Of a DNA stretch of 64,000 nucleotides, positions 45,775-58,936 are shown piece after piece; position 1 is the stretch's first letter, and each line of letters opens with the position of its first letter. The notes beneath the pieces were generated by a model. The model did no database searches. It was not told the DNA's origin and was given only the letters and a program-made list of their open reading frames with translations. The DNA lies in contig JAAKDF010000001.1 in assembly GCA_011754105.1 (NCBI GenBank), forward strand, positions 16,282-80,281, in the 5' to 3' direction. The position numbers and the translations under genes are program-made. Source of the DNA: Serratia symbiotica (GTDB lineage Bacteria; Pseudomonadota; Gammaproteobacteria; Enterobacterales; Enterobacteriaceae).

Positions 45775-47059
45775 TCATACGATAAAGTGAATCAGGCTCT
45801 GTTCCTGTTTGCAGAGTCGATGCTACTCAACGCTAGTCATACGTACTACCACGCTAATACAGCCATCTTTATCGTTTCACTCTTTTTAAATTGCTTGAAG
45901 CTGATAAAAACAGCTACGAAGACGGCCTGCCTGTGGCGTTAAAAGCAGCTCATAATGCACGATTTACCCCGATAAGCGCTCCGTCAACGCATGATATAGC
46001 AACGAGATACCTTCACCACTGGCGGCGGATAGCCACACTCGGATCGGTACGTTTTCATCGTTGCGGTCTATACGTGGAACAAAATCATCCAGCATATCTA
46101 TTTTGTTCATCACTAACAGTGTATGGATCTCATCCGAGTCAATCTCAGCCATCAAGGTATTAACCGCTTCCATGTTTTCATTGATACAGATATCTACGGC
46201 ATCAATAACATGTAACAGCTAAGACGCCTGACGTATTTCCTGTAGTGTCGCCTTAAAGGCAGCGACCAGATATGCGGCAACTGCCGGATAAAGCCTACGG
46301 TATCCGCCAACACGGTATCGCCCACATTCGCCACACAGTGATACGCCACAGAGTGAGGTCCAAGGTTTCAAATAGCTGGTCTGCTGCATACACCACAGCA
46401 GATATTGTCATTCGGTTAAATAAGGTAGACTTGCCAGCGTTGGTTTAGCCCACCAACGATACGGTAGGCACATCGGCACGTGTTCGCGCACGTTGGCCCT
46501 GTTTACGCTGTCTTTCAACCCGCCCCAGACGGCGCAAAATTAAACTGATGCGATCACGCAAAAATCGACGGTCAGTCTTTAACTAAGTTTCGCCAGGCCA
46601 ACGCAGGCCAGTCCCACCTTTTTTGTGCTCCAGATGCATCCAACCACGCACTAAGCGTGTGGCGATATGGCGCAACTACGCCAGCTCTACCTGCAACTTA
46701 CCTTCATGGGTGCGAGCGCGCTGGGCAAAGATGTCTAAAATCAACCCGGTGCGATCAATTACCCGGTATTCACACCGATTATCAAGGTCTCTCTCCCGCG
46801 CCTGGGAGAGTGAGAGATTAAACAGAACAACAGATGCGCCGCTTGCTTTTACTACATCGACGATTTCTTCGGTCTTTCCTTTGCCGAAAAAGCACTTAGG
46901 ACGTAGAGCGTTACGGCTGCCTGTTACCACTTGCAAAGTTTCGACACCCGCCGAGGATACTAAGGATTTAAACTCGCTGAAATCTTCGGTATCTTTGTCT
47001 TGCGAGAAGTAAATATGAACCAAGACGGCCTGCTTACCGATTTTATAACGGTCAAACAA
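45775..47059 (-). pseudogene. hflX: ribosome-associated GTPase HflX pseudogene
   Basis: The N-terminal 127 codons are intact (MFDRYKIGKQAVLVHIYFSQDKD..THEGKLQVELA), followed by [46 protein letters not shown].. and frameshifts. The C-terminal part ..LLVMNKIDML..ALTERLSG* follows, with further decayed tail. Confidence 0.9.
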
Positions 47060-47102
47060 GCGTGCAACCTATCAAACAGACATAAAAAACAAGGTTGGCG
47101 CT

Positions 47103-47411
47103 TTATTCAGCTTGATCACTTTCCTGCGGTGGCTGCTGCGGCGTAGACGGGTTATTAACATGGTTATGAGTACTGGTACCGCCATTCGGATTATTACTAT
47201 GGTGTGAAATCGGACGTGACGGAACAACCGTAGAAATAGCATGCTTATAAACCATCTGGCTTACGGTGTTTTTTAACAGAATGACAAACTGGTCAAAAGA
47301 CTCAATCTGGCCTTGCAGCTTAATACCATTTACCAAATAAACATAAACCTGAACCCGTTCACGACGCAATGCGTTCAGGAACGGATCTTGTGAAGATTGC
47401 CCCTTAGCCAT
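47103..47411 (-). CDS. hfq: RNA chaperone Hfq
   Basis: 102-aa [66 protein letters not shown].. with a Yersinia/Serratia-like C-terminal tail. Confidence 0.98.
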   Translation of the reverse strand: MAKGQSSQDPFLNALRRERVQVYVYLVNGIKLQGQIESFDQFVILLKNTVSQMVYKHAISTVVPSRPISHHSNNPNGGTSTHNHVNNPSTPQQPPQESDQAE

Positions 47412-47526
47412 TTTATCTTTTCCTTATATGCTTGTTGTTTGTAAATAAGAATTTGTTAGCTCTATAAAATAAACGATGCAAAAATTTGCGCGCTGAATAC
47501 TCATCAATTGTACACAATCACTCAAC

Positions 47527-48462
47527 CTATGCACTAACAACCTGTATTACCGCTTGAAAAGCCTCTCCTAGCTTCTCGCTGTCCAGCCAATGCACCGAAT
47601 TCCAGCCGCGTAACCAGGTTATTTGGCGTTTGGCTAGCTGACGCGTTGCGCAAATACCACGATAAACCATCTCATCGTAACTCATGTCACCAGACAAATA
47701 TGACCACATCTGGCGGTAGCCAACACTGCGAATGGAAGGCAAATCTGTATGCAAATCATCCCGTGCAAAAAGTGCGCGCGCTTCCGCTTCAAAACCAGCC
47801 GCCAACATTTGCTGGTACCGCAACTCAATGCGTTTATGAATCAACGCACGGCTGGACGGCGCTATCGCGAATTGGTGGACATGATACGGCAACGATTTAC
47901 CAGAAATTTTAATCATTTCCGTTAAAGTTTTACCTGAAATAAAAAAAACTTCCAGTGCTCTTGAGAGTCTCTGCTGATCATTTGGATGAATTTTTAATGC
48001 CGAAACCGGGTCGATTTCTTGCAACTGGCGGTGCAAAGCCTTCCACCCTTGTTCCACCGCCTGCTGTTCTATACGCTTGCGCACCGACGGATCAGCGAGA
48101 GGTAGCGGCGATAACCCTGATAACAGCGCCTTATAATATAGCATGGTGCCACCCACTAGCATCGGAATGCGCCCAGCTGAGGTAATGTCAGCCATCTCTT
48201 TTAACGCGTCGGAGCGAAAATCCGCCGCTGAGTAGGTTTGCGCCGGATCGCGGATATCAATTAGCCGATGCGGTGCCTGCACTAACTCTCCGGTGCTTGG
48301 CTTGGCGGTGCCTATATCCATACCGCGATAAATTAATGCGGAATCCACGCTGATAAGTTCCACAGGCAGCCGCTGCCGCAGCGCGATCGCTAGCTTAGTT
48401 TTGCTCGAAGCAGTCGGACCCATGATAAAAATAGCCGGGGGGCGTGGTATTATTTTAGTCAT
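47527..48462 (-). CDS. miaA: tRNA dimethylallyltransferase
   Basis: ORF 47527..48555. The start is taken at [26 protein letters not shown] (P-loop), giving 311 aa. It overlaps the mutL stop by 8 nt. Confidence 0.93.
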   Translation of the reverse strand: MTKIIPRPPAIFIMGPTASSKTKLAIALRQRLPVELISVDSALIYRGMDIGTAKPSTGELVQAPHRLIDIRDPAQTYSAADFRSDALKEMADITSAGRIPMLVGGTMLYYKALLSGLSPLPLADPSVRKRIEQQAVEQGWKALHRQLQEIDPVSALKIHPNDQQRLSRALEVFFISGKTLTEMIKISGKSLPYHVHQFAIAPSSRALIHKRIELRYQQMLAAGFEAEARALFARDDLHTDLPSIRSVGYRQMWSYLSGDMSYDEMVYRGICATRQLAKRQITWLRGWNSVHWLDSEKLGEAFQAVIQVVSA

Positions 48463-50317
48463 GCTTAAGAGCCGCCAGTGCAGCCTGGAGATTAACGGGT
48501 TGTAAAAGCCTGCTCGGTGGCGATTTGACCAACTGAGGGCAGAGTCGTTCAACATCGGTCAGCAATTGTATTGCTTGCGAGGAGTTCCACTGTTGATGCT
48601 CACTGCGTAAACGTTGGGCGAGCCAAATGGCCAGCATTGTAGGTGACATTTCCTGGTGCTCGGCTAGATAGCCTAACAGCTTAGGAATGAGTTTTTGTGA
48701 ATTTTGTTGACGCAAAGGTAAAGGAACTGCCCGCAGCATTACATGGCCGTGATCCGCCTGCAAATCTAACCCCATTTTCACCAACAGCGCCTGATGGCGC
48801 ACTATCGCCGTCGCTTCATTTTTGTTTAACACCAGCTTGATCGGAACCAGTAGCGGCTGTAAGCGCAACCCTTCTTCCGGCGGGTTGAGCTGTGTCTGAA
48901 GCAGCCAGCGCTCCGCCACCAGCAGGTTGAGTAAAGCGAGCTGATGCTGCCAGTTAATCAGTGCATAACACGGTGGATAGATCATCATCACCCGACCAAA
49001 ACTGTGCGAGTGGCTTGCTGGCAGCGCTTCCTGCGCGGACTTTTCCGGTGGGAATAGTGGTTGCTTTGGCATTTCGTCCTGTGGCTTGGCAACTTGCAAC
49101 AGCTTGCCGTATAACTCACCTTCACGCTTTTGGTAGCCGCTGCCCGAATTATAGGCTGGCTGTTGTACGTATCCACGAGCGGACGCTGGTGGTAAAGACG
49201 GTATTTTTTCGCAACACGGCGTAGGCTGAGAGAAGTGGTTGCCGCCAGCGGCGATGCGATTTTTCGGCTGCCAAGTCGGTGTTTCCTTTTCGGTCGGTTT
49301 TCCCGCCAGCAGCTCAGAGCCAGCTTGCTGCAATACCCTGGTTACCGCCTGATAAATAAAATCGTGCACTAGACGTGCCTGATGGAAGCGCACCTCATGC
49401 TTAGCTGGGTGAACATTTATGTCCACTTGATGCGGGTCTACCTCAAGATGTAGCACATAAGCGGGCTTCTGATTGTCTTTAAGCTGATCCTGATAGGCTT
49501 GGCGGATCGCGTGGTTAATCAAGCGATCTCGCATCATGCGGCTGTTAACGTAGCAGTACTGTATTTCACTCATTTGTCGCGCGCCAGCGGGATCTGCTAT
49601 CCAACCACAGATTGACAACTCGCCATGCTGCCAGGAAAGGTTCAGCGCATGCTGCAAAAAAGCTAAACCGCAAATACTACTCAGCCGGCGCTCATGGTGT
49701 TTTTTCTCTTTTGCCGGGCGGTACTGACGAATCAGTTTGCCATTATGGCTAAGGTTGATCGCTACATCGAAGCGTGCCAACGCTATACGCCGCACTACTT
49801 CATTAATATGACCAAATTCGGTTTTCTCAGTACGCATGAACTTGCGGCGTGCCGGGGTATTGTAAAACAGATCTAGCACTGCCAGTGTACTGCCGACCGG
49901 ATGCGCAGCTGGTTTTACCGTCACCGTCTGATCGCAGCCTTCAATATAAGCTTGCCAGGCTTCGCTCTGTTCGGCGGTACGTGAGGTAAGGCTCAAACGG
50001 CAAACAGAGCTGATGCTGGCTAGTGCTTCTCCGCGAAAACCAAGGCTTACGATGGCTTCAAGATCCTCGAGGGTGCTTATTTTACTGGTGGCATGACGGG
50101 CCAAAGCCAAAGCAAGGTCATCTTTGCCAATGCCACAGCCGTTATCACGAATACGGATCAACTTGCCTCCGCCGCGTTCGATATCGATATCAATGCAAGT
50201 TGCCCCAGCATCTAAGCTGTTTTCCATCAGTTCCTTCACTACAGATGCTGGACGTTCGACCACTTCTCCGGCGGCTATCTGGCTGGCAAGTTGTGGCGGT
50301 AACACCTGGATAGGCAT
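48455..50317 (-). CDS. mutL: DNA mismatch repair protein MutL
   Basis: 620-aa [43 protein letters not shown].. (GHKL ATPase), full length relative to E. coli MutL. Confidence 0.95.
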   Translation of the reverse strand: MPIQVLPPQLASQIAAGEVVERPASVVKELMENSLDAGATCIDIDIERGGGKLIRIRDNGCGIGKDDLALALARHATSKISTLEDLEAIVSLGFRGEALASISSVCRLSLTSRTAEQSEAWQAYIEGCDQTVTVKPAAHPVGSTLAVLDLFYNTPARRKFMRTEKTEFGHINEVVRRIALARFDVAINLSHNGKLIRQYRPAKEKKHHERRLSSICGLAFLQHALNLSWQHGELSICGWIADPAGARQMSEIQYCYVNSRMMRDRLINHAIRQAYQDQLKDNQKPAYVLHLEVDPHQVDINVHPAKHEVRFHQARLVHDFIYQAVTRVLQQAGSELLAGKPTEKETPTWQPKNRIAAGGNHFSQPTPCCEKIPSLPPASARGYVQQPAYNSGSGYQKREGELYGKLLQVAKPQDEMPKQPLFPPEKSAQEALPASHSHSFGRVMMIYPPCYALINWQHQLALLNLLVAERWLLQTQLNPPEEGLRLQPLLVPIKLVLNKNEATAIVRHQALLVKMGLDLQADHGHVMLRAVPLPLRQQNSQKLIPKLLGYLAEHQEMSPTMLAIWLAQRLRSEHQQWNSSQAIQLLTDVERLCPQLVKSPPSRLLQPVNLQAALAALKHD

Positions 50318-50428
50318 GTTAACTCCTATGATGATGCTAGGCCTACGGAATAGTCAGCATCCGACCCAGCAGAGTGCAACGTCTGATTTCAATTTATTTA
50401 CCTGCTTCATGGCGTTGACGCTAATGCC

Positions 50429-51440
50429 GGCTTTGTTAAATAAATTAGATTTGGAATAAAAAGTTTTCTGAATGTACATCTTTCAGGCAACGCTTACAGT
50501 TTCTGGCATACCTGCCAGCGTCATCTTGTTTCATACACATATCATGGCCATAGTATCTGCAACTTGCTCATCATAATCTCGCAGCAACAGGTGACCACCA
50601 AATAGCTGTTTTACTCTGTACATCGATATTTCGGCTATCCAACGTCGGTGGTAGCCTGTCATACTTTTCCTCCGTGTATTGTCTTCGGTAAGGCGCTGGT
50701 TCACCGCCGCTTGATTTTAGTCTGCATAGTCTGCCGACCAATAACTGGCTCCGCTTCTGGGCGGTATTAATGCACTGATCTTCTTGAGCCTTAACTCATC
50801 ATTACACACTCGCCTATCGTAAGCCCCATTCGCCGAAGCGACTTTAATTTTACAGTACGTCTAGCGGATGAGACCTGTGAAGTCTTCCGTATCGGTGACC
50901 TTGTTCAAGGAAAGGTCAGCATAGATGACCTTATGTGTTTCTGTATCTACGGCCAAATGCAGTTTTCTCCAGATCCGTCGTTTCCCCTGACCGTGTTTTA
51001 TAGCCAGGTGCGCAATTTTACCTGGCGTTGGAGTTTTAAACGGGACATTGATGGACTTCGCCTGCTTACTGATGCAGGTGTAGTCCGGGCAGTTCAACGG
51101 CACTTTCATCAGTGTAAAAATGGAGTCAACGAAGACCTGGAGGGAGCAAAGTATCAGGCCGAAAATCCGTTTTAGCATCAATATGCTGGTCATTAACATG
51201 CCATATTAGAATAATGTTGTGGGCGACTACGCAGAGAAGGTTTTGCATCGCAGTACCAGGCGTGAAGTACCGTTTCATTCACCCATAAAATGAGTGAACC
51301 CTGATTAAAAAAGGCGTTGTTGTAAGCCTTCTATTTAGTGATCTTGAAATTTTGCTGGACCACGCCATGTAGCTATTTTCCTAGCAGGAAAGTGACCTAA
51401 TCCTCGTGCCGGACAAATTTTTGATTTATTTCACAATGCC
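50429..51440 (-). mobile_element. IS903-group element copy F, near full length (1012 bp) but with a dead transposase gene
   Basis: The ends are ggctttgttaaataaattag.. / ..ttgatttatttcacaatgcc. The longest surviving tnp ORF is 112 aa (MTSILMLKRIFGLILCSLQVFVDSIFTLMKVPLNCPDYTCISKQAKSINVPFKTPTPGKIAHLAIKHGQGKRRIWRKLHLAVD..). It carries the same 16-codon DSTG deletion as copy E. The flanking 9-mers gctaatgcc / gctagtact match at 6/9. Confidence 0.9.
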
Positions 51441-51467
51441 GCTAGTACTATAACACGCAGCTATAGA

Positions 51468-53063
51468 TTATAGCGTATTACCTTGTCTCATCTTATGTTT
51501 TACGTTTTTTTGCGCCAGCGTGTTCGCCTTGGGGATAGAGGTAAAGGTAGCCGCTTTTTTATTGACTGGCACGTTAATGCGTTGACCAATCCACAGGCCA
51601 TCTTTTTTTAGTTTATTCAATTTGCGTAATACAGCCAGGGTAGTGCTGTAGCTGACGGAGATACCAGACAGTGTTTCCGAGCGCTTAACCACATGGATCT
51701 GTGTCTTGCCACCTACGCAGCGACTAGTGCCAGCCAAATTACCCAACGGTTGGCTTTCTATCTTTGGATCGGCTTGTAGCGGATGCGCCAAGAAATAATC
51801 GCGTAGGCCATTATAGATGGCACAGGCAATTTTATCCTGATATGCGCTACTACCCAGCAGCCGCTCTTCCTTACTATTACTGATAAATCCTGTTTCCACC
51901 AACAGCGATGGAATATCCGGCGAGCGTAACACACCAAGGCTGGCGTGCTCTGGCCGACGCTTATGCAGCGAACCTATGCGCTGCAACTGTTGCAGCACAT
52001 TCAGCGCCACGTCGTAACCCACGCGCTGTGAATGACCAAATTGCAGATCCAGCACTGCTTGGCTTAGATAAGGATCGGCCAGGCTATTAACCAGCATGTC
52101 GCCAGCTCCACCGAGCAGTTCAGATTGTTTCTCGTGTTGCTCAAGCCAGCCGGCCATCTCGCTGTTGGCACGGCGATTGGATAAAATCCAGACTGATGCG
52201 CCGTTGGCGCTGCGATTAGGTGCAGCATCAGCGTGGATCGAAACCAATACGTTGGCACCCTGTTTGCGTGCCACATTGGAACGTTCAATCACCGAGAAGA
52301 AGTAATCGCCGTTACGCGTCAACACCGGTTTGAATTGCGGATCATCATTGAGCAACGTCTGAAAACGGCGCGCGACAGCGATGGTAACGTTCTTTTCTTT
52401 CAGACCATTCTGGCCAATGGCACCCGGATCTTGACCGCCGTGTCCAGCGTCAATTGCCACCACGACCCGGTCGCCAGAACCAGCGGAAACGCGACTGCTG
52501 CGCGGTGTGACTCCCATTGCGATACCCGCCACCATGCTAGGCTTATTGGTAAAAGGATTAGCGCCGTTTAGTGCTAGCCGCACCGGCGGCGGTTGGCTTA
52601 TCCTCACCGGAGCAGCCACCGCAGCCTTATGAACCAAAGTCGCTTTATTGCTACCTTCAGCGACCAGGGTGAACACCAGGATGTGCACTCTGCCATTCTG
52701 GCGAGTAGCCACGTGGATCTTGGCGCGCTGAGTCAAATCAAACACCAGACGACGTATACTCTGATTATCTTTTGGCGCGCCGGAGCGAATCCTTCTCACA
52801 AGATTTTGGCCGCTAAAGTTTAGCGGCAGGCCACCGACATTACCCTTATATTCCACGTCCAGCACCACACGTTCCGGCCCATGCAGCAAGAAAAAAGCAT
52901 AGCTTGGTGGGCCATTAAAGTTCACTGAAACTGTTGCTTTTCGCGGGGTACTGGATACATTGATGTTGGATAATGCAGACGCCGCAAGCACTCTGAACGC
53001 ACCTAATGAACCCAGCACGGCGATCATGGCAATTAAGACGAGTTTTCTCAACGCATACATCAT
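51468..53063 (-). CDS. amiB: N-acetylmuramoyl-L-alanine amidase AmiB (AMIN + amidase_3 + C-terminal LysM)
   Basis: 531-aa ORF with a signal peptide, the amidase_3 core (..[34 protein letters not shown]..) and a LysM-like C-terminus ([16 protein letters not shown]...). Confidence 0.9.
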   Translation of the reverse strand: MMYALRKLVLIAMIAVLGSLGAFRVLAASALSNINVSSTPRKATVSVNFNGPPSYAFFLLHGPERVVLDVEYKGNVGGLPLNFSGQNLVRRIRSGAPKDNQSIRRLVFDLTQRAKIHVATRQNGRVHILVFTLVAEGSNKATLVHKAAVAAPVRISQPPPVRLALNGANPFTNKPSMVAGIAMGVTPRSSRVSAGSGDRVVVAIDAGHGGQDPGAIGQNGLKEKNVTIAVARRFQTLLNDDPQFKPVLTRNGDYFFSVIERSNVARKQGANVLVSIHADAAPNRSANGASVWILSNRRANSEMAGWLEQHEKQSELLGGAGDMLVNSLADPYLSQAVLDLQFGHSQRVGYDVALNVLQQLQRIGSLHKRRPEHASLGVLRSPDIPSLLVETGFISNSKEERLLGSSAYQDKIACAIYNGLRDYFLAHPLQADPKIESQPLGNLAGTSRCVGGKTQIHVVKRSETLSGISVSYSTTLAVLRKLNKLKKDGLWIGQRINVPVNKKAATFTSIPKANTLAQKNVKHKMRQGNTL

Positions 53064-53076
53064 TACTGCGTCATTC

Positions 53077-53541
53077 CTATTGCCCGTGAATACGCTCTAG
53101 AAGCTGGCTTCCATAAGCGGAAACCGCCTGAATGTTCGCTGCTCTCCCCTGATTATGATAGTTAAGATACAGCGCCAGATCCGCTTCCGGCAGTACACCT
53201 CTACCATGCTGTGGCCATTCAACCAAGCAAATAGCATCCTGGAAAAAATAATCGCGAATGCCCATAAATTCGAGTTCTTCTGGATCGGCTAATCGATACA
53301 GATCAAAGTGATAAACCATCAGCAGATGCAGCGCATACGGTTCTACCAACGTGAAAGTAGGGCTTTTAACCTTCCCCTTATAACCCAAGCCCTGTAAAAA
53401 ACCACGGCAGAAGGTGGTTTTGCCTGCGCCTAGATCGCCGTAAAGATAAATTACGCTAGAGGGATCACAGACTTTGGCCAAGGAGGCACCTATTGCGACA
53501 GTCTCTGCCTCATCCGGCAGAGCTAAAACGTGTTCTTTCAT
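53077..53541 (-). CDS. tsaE: tRNA t6A37 biosynthesis ATPase TsaE
   Basis: 154-aa ORF ..[41 protein letters not shown].., the same length as E. coli YjeE. Confidence 0.93.
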   Translation of the reverse strand: MKEHVLALPDEAETVAIGASLAKVCDPSSVIYLYGDLGAGKTTFCRGFLQGLGYKGKVKSPTFTLVEPYALHLLMVYHFDLYRLADPEELEFMGIRDYFFQDAICLVEWPQHGRGVLPEADLALYLNYHNQGRAANIQAVSAYGSQLLERIHGQ

Positions 53542-53544
53542 GTG

Positions 53545-53957
53545 ATGAAATCTATTTTCCCCACTCAGGATGAACGAAATGAAGGATGTGCGGCAATAAA
53601 TATGTTACAAACCTGTTCTTATTATTTGTATTCACGCCTTGCAAAACGGTAGCAAGTGATGCGATATCTTAACAAGCGCAGCTTTACTCAGAATACATAG
53701 TGATTACGGGATTCTGACGCTTATCAGGATTTAATGCCAGAAAGTTTAGCACATCAATTGTCGGTTGATAACGCGCAAGGTGTGCATATCCCCGCGTAAA
53801 GCTTAGAGCACTAGGGGGCCGACGGCATGACAAACGCCTGATACGAGCTGTGGAAAAGGTATTAGGATGCTTAAAGCCAATAGTAGACCTATAAACTGGG
53901 AGGCCAAGTCTGTCTATAAATTTGTGGATAAAAATAAAAATGAGTTGTCTTTCTACT
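53545..53957 (-). pseudogene. nnr: NAD(P)HX epimerase/dehydratase (Nnr/YjeF) remnant
   Basis: ..IDVLNFLALNPDKRQNPVITMYSE*.. matches E. coli ..LDADALNLLAINPDKRHNRVITPHPGE.., and ..[12 protein letters not shown].. matches the C-terminus. About 400 bp remain of about 1.5 kb, and the 5' end is cut by IS copy G. Confidence 0.6.
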
Positions 53958-54760
53958 GGCTTTTTTAAATAAATGGGATTTGGAATAAAGAGTACCCTGA
54001 ATGGGCATCTTTCAGGCAACGCATACAGTTTCTGGCATACTGGCAAGCATTATCTTGTTTAATGCATAGATCATGGCCATAGCCTCTGCAACTTACGCAT
54101 CATAATCTCCCAGCTACAGAGAGGTGACCACCAAATAGCTTTTTTACTCTATCACATCGCTGTTTCTGCTATCAAACGTCGGTGGTAATGGTAAGCCTGT
54201 CATACTTTTCCACCGTGTGTTGTCTCAGGTAAGGTGCTGGTTCGCTACCGCTTGATTTTAGTCTGCATAGTCTGCCAACCAATAACTGGCTCCCCTTATA
54301 GGCGGTATTAACGCCCTGATCTTCTTGCGCCTTAACTCATCATGCCTCACTTGCCTATCGTAAGCCCCATCCGCCAAGGCGACTTTGATTTTACGGTACT
54401 TCTGGCGGAAGAGACCTGGGAAGGCTTTCATATCGGTGACATTGCTCAAGTAAAGGTCAGCACAGATGACCTTATGTGTTTCTGTATCTACGGCCAAATG
54501 TAGTTTTTGCCAGATCCTCGCCATATTGTAATAATATTGTGGGTGACCACGCAGAGAAGGTGTTGCCTCGCAGTACTAGGCGTGAAGTACCGTTTTATCC
54601 ACCCATAAAGTGAGTGAACTCCGAGTGATAAGGGCGTTATTGTAAGCCTTACAGTTGGTGATATTGAACTTTTGCTAGACTACGCCATATCGATATTTTG
54701 ATAGAAGGAGAGTCATTTGATGCTCATGCTGGCTAAATTTTCGATTTATTCAACAACGCC
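53958..54760 (-). mobile_element. IS903-group element copy G, internally deleted (803 bp)
   Basis: The ends are ggcttttttaaataaatggg.. / ..ttcgatttattcaacaacgcc. The transposase remnant begins ARIWQKLHLAVDTETHKVICADLYLSNVTDMKAFPGLFRQKYRKIKVALADGAYDRQVRHDELRRKKIRALIPP... The first approximately 100 codons are deleted and there is no target duplication. Confidence 0.85.
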
Positions 54761-54793
54761 GGTATTCGGATAAAATGATGAGTATTTAGTTTA

Positions 54794-54820
54794 GTTGCTC
54801 TATTCTGTGAATAGAGCAAC
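54794..54820 (+). terminator. orphan hairpin upstream of obgE (possibly the former rpmA/yhbE terminator)
   Basis: gttgctctatt-ctgtg-aatagagcaac is an 11-bp perfect stem with a weak T tail. rplU-rpmA-yhbE, which precede obgE in E. coli, are not present here. Confidence 0.35.
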
Positions 54821-55008
54821 CTTGCCTTACACTTTTAACACAAAGTGTAATTTTAATCTTATACGAGTACAATCCGCGACCTTTCTTACTCCCGTACTAG
54901 CTATTCGTATTTGTGCAAAGTTCCGTGTACTACTTTTGTAAAGAATGATGCAGGAAAAACAAAAATAAATCCATGATTAATAAATTGAAATGCGGTATTG
55001 AATATTAA

Positions 55009-56034
<1,026 letters not shown>

Positions 56035-56487
56035 AGAAAGCGCGCAAGAAAAAGTCGAATTCATTTGGGACAACTACCACCGTGAACAAATCGCCGAAGC
56101 TGAAGCGGAAGATGACTGGCATGATAAATGGGACGAAGATGACGACGAAGGCATCGAAATAATTTACTAGAAATAATCCGGCTGAAGAGGTTCAGCGGTG
56201 ATGAGCCTTTTTACTTCATTATCTGGTATATGATTCTGTAGGTTGTATCCGGCAATGCCTGGTGAGCGCGGCTGCCGGTTAGTTGAACGCACAGCCAAGA
56301 CGCAGGCTGTGAGGGATCGTGCTCCCATAAGCCTAGGGTCGTGTTGAAATGGCACAGCCCTTTGGTTCGCGCTCTAATAGCCGGTACTCCACTATGCAGG
56401 GTTTAAACACAAGCCCTGTCCCCCCTCTACCTTAATGATAGACTTTTGTGTCTGCAACGGCGGAAAGGTTAATCACAGGCACACAGA

Positions 56488-57755
56488 CTAGCTGGCTTTA
56501 TAAATATCTCGGTACAGGCGGCTTTCGAAGCGTAACAGCGGCATATGGCGTTGTTTCTGATCTTCCGGCGGTACGGCGTAGCCCGACAGATATTGCAAGA
56601 AGGCTAAACGTTGACCAATGGCGGTGGTTATGAACCCTGCCAGGTTGTAGACGCCTTGCAATGCACAGGTTTTGGCCGATACCCTGCTATCGACGCCGGC
56701 TTCGTGTAGCCCCAACGGTAACGTAAGGTGACGTCATAGCCTGATAATGGCAGCATAAAGACAAAGTACAGTTCGCTGTAATGCTGTTCGATATACTGTA
56801 GTGACTGCATCATGATCACTGGAGACAGCAGGTTATGGCGCGATAGGCCGGAACTGTCTACTACGATGCTGTTACTTAGATCGATGCCGGTTTTCTGGCG
56901 CAGCACCTGACGTACTGTATCACTACTTGCACGCCAAGTGCCTGGTATGCCGAAGTGTTCATAGCCTATGGTACGAAATACCGTATCAGCGATCATGTTA
57001 TCCGATTTTTTCAGCATTATTTTCAATAAATCATGCAGCGGTGCAGACTGCATCTGAGCGATCACCGTACCAATTGGACCAGGATAGGTTTGCATTTCAG
57101 ATAGCCGTCGATCTTGATGCCTCCCTGCATCAATTGATTATTCAAGATAGCTCCTGCGTAGCTGGCACAGTCCTGAATAGCAAACGCTAGCGGCAGCGGA
57201 TCGTTGCGCTGGATCAGGCAAAGCCGGTCAGGGTAAAGCGATTCAACTCAGTGTGCACCAGGTCTAACTCGCAGTATTGGGCGTTGGTAGAGCCTCTTGA
57301 CAACGTGCGCACTTAGCTGAACATGTTGACCGGATAATAGAAAGCAACGCGGATAAATGCTATATCTCCTGGGTTTTGTGCACTGTACAGCGATACTGAA
57401 AAGCAGTTGCGATCAATAATCGCCGCTGCTGGCGGCTGCGAGCTGAAGCACTGTATCATGTCGTTCCACGGCAAACCGTGGTGCCTTATCGTGGCTAGCG
57501 AATACTGAAGTATCAACTAGCACATCGCAGGTAATCTGAATGCTGCTAGCGCTGTTAGCACCTTCTGAGTACTGGCTGGTAATGCCATTTGTTAAGAGTG
57601 ATAATTGATGTCTTGTGTGGTGTACCGATCTTCTGAACTACCAGGGATAAGTTGGTTCCTGCAGGTAATATATTGTGAGTAATTTTCAATCGGGTCGCCT
57701 GCGCATTCAGAACAAATGCCCAAGTCAATGCACTGACAATTCGTAAAAAACACAT
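56488..57755 (-). pseudogene. dacB: D-alanyl-D-alanine carboxypeptidase/endopeptidase PBP4 pseudogene
   Basis: MCFLRIVSALTWAFVLNAQA..ILPAGTNLSLVVQKIG.., ..LPWNDMIQCFSSQPPAAAIIDRNCFSVSLYSAQNPGDIAFIRVAFYYPV.., ..SAPLHDLLKIMLKKSDNMIADTVFR.., ..VSAKTCALQGVYNLAGFITTAIGQRLAFLQYLSGYAV..RFESRLYRDIY.. Collinear with E. coli DacB, broken by stops and frameshifts. Confidence 0.85.
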
Positions 57756-57998
57756 AATCTTGAGACATCAGTTGGATAACGTGCCGACATACTATGGTGC
57801 ATTTAAGGAAAAAGTAAACGATGACCCCTGAGGAACTCTAGGATAAAATGCAAAATCGATCCTGGCTTGGATCCTGTTCTGGGTCAGGTTTCTTTATATC
57901 TATCGCTTAGCAGTGGGGCCATGAGCTAACCGCGTTTTCATACGAACACGTCAGGATTACAGTTATTTGAACAGGAAAGATTTAGAGGTATTTATACG

Positions 57999-58475
57999 AT
58001 GAAACAGATCCCGATGACCTTATTTGGCGTTGAAAAACTACGCGAAGAACTTGAATATCTAAAAAGCGTGCGCCGTCCAAAAATCATTGCCGACATCGCA
58101 GATGCTCGCGAGTACGGTGATTTGAAAGAAAATTCCGAGTACCATGCTGCCCGTGAGCAGCAGGGATTCTGTGAAGGGCGTATCCAGGAAATTGAAGAAA
58201 AATTGTCCAACGCGCAAGTGATTGATATCACTAAAATACCGAATACTGGCCGGGTGATTTTTGGTGCCACTGTATCAGTGTTGAACTTGGATAGCGAGGA
58301 AGAAGTTACCTACCGCATCGTTGGCGACGATGAAGCTGACTTTAAGAAGAATCTGATTTCGGTCAATTCACCAATGGCACGTGGTTTGATCGGAAAAGAG
58401 CAGGGCGATGTCGTGGTGATCAAAACTCCTGGCGGTGATGTAGATTATAAAATCCTGAAGGTCAAGTATCTTTAG
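57999..58475 (+). CDS. greA: transcription elongation factor GreA
   Basis: 158-aa [60 protein letters not shown]... Confidence 0.97.
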   Translation: MKQIPMTLFGVEKLREELEYLKSVRRPKIIADIADAREYGDLKENSEYHAAREQQGFCEGRIQEIEEKLSNAQVIDITKIPNTGRVIFGATVSVLNLDSEEEVTYRIVGDDEADFKKNLISVNSPMARGLIGKEQGDVVVIKTPGGDVDYKILKVKYL

Positions 58476-58591
58476 ATCGTACCCACTGAGGCAGAAATGC
58501 TCAAGTGGGTTGTAAAGAAAGGGGAAAAGCCACCCGTGATCTTTTATCTGAATAACGGTGCATGGCATTTTTGTGTTAACTTGATCCTTAA

Positions 58592-58885
58592 TTAACGCGG
58601 TATATTGATCTTGCGCTCTTTCGATTGGCGGTAAAGAATAAGCGTACTACCAATGAATTGCACGTTGCAGGCACCGGTTTCACGCACGATAGCGTCGGCG
58701 ATCAAGATTTTAGTTTCGCGATCTTCAGACGCGATTTTTACCTTGATCAGCTCATGATGTTCCAGAGCTTGTTCAATTTCAGCCAGCACCCCCTCGGTGA
58801 GACCGCTATTACCCAGCATGACAACCCGTTTTAACAAATGTGCTAGACCTTTTAGGTGCTGTTTTTGTTTATTATTCAGATGCAT
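58592..58885 (-). CDS. yhbY: CRM-domain RNA-binding protein YhbY
   Basis: 97-aa ORF MHLNNKQKQHLKGLAHLLKRVVMLGNSGLTEGVLAEIEQALEHHELIKVKI... Confidence 0.93.
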   Translation of the reverse strand: MHLNNKQKQHLKGLAHLLKRVVMLGNSGLTEGVLAEIEQALEHHELIKVKIASEDRETKILIADAIVRETGACNVQFIGSTLILYRQSKERKINIPR

Positions 58886-58907
58886 TATCTTTTTTACTTA
58901 AGTTGGG

Positions 58908-58936
58908 ATTGAAAACGAGACATTCTACCGCCATCT
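58908..58936 (+). promoter_or_regulatory. candidate sigma-32 (heat-shock) promoter of rlmE-ftsH
   Basis: aTTGAAA-N13-CCgCCATCT compared with the consensus CTTGAAA-N13/14-CCCCATnT, about 95 nt upstream of the rlmE ATG. The ftsJ-ftsH operon is heat-shock controlled in E. coli. Confidence 0.45.
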
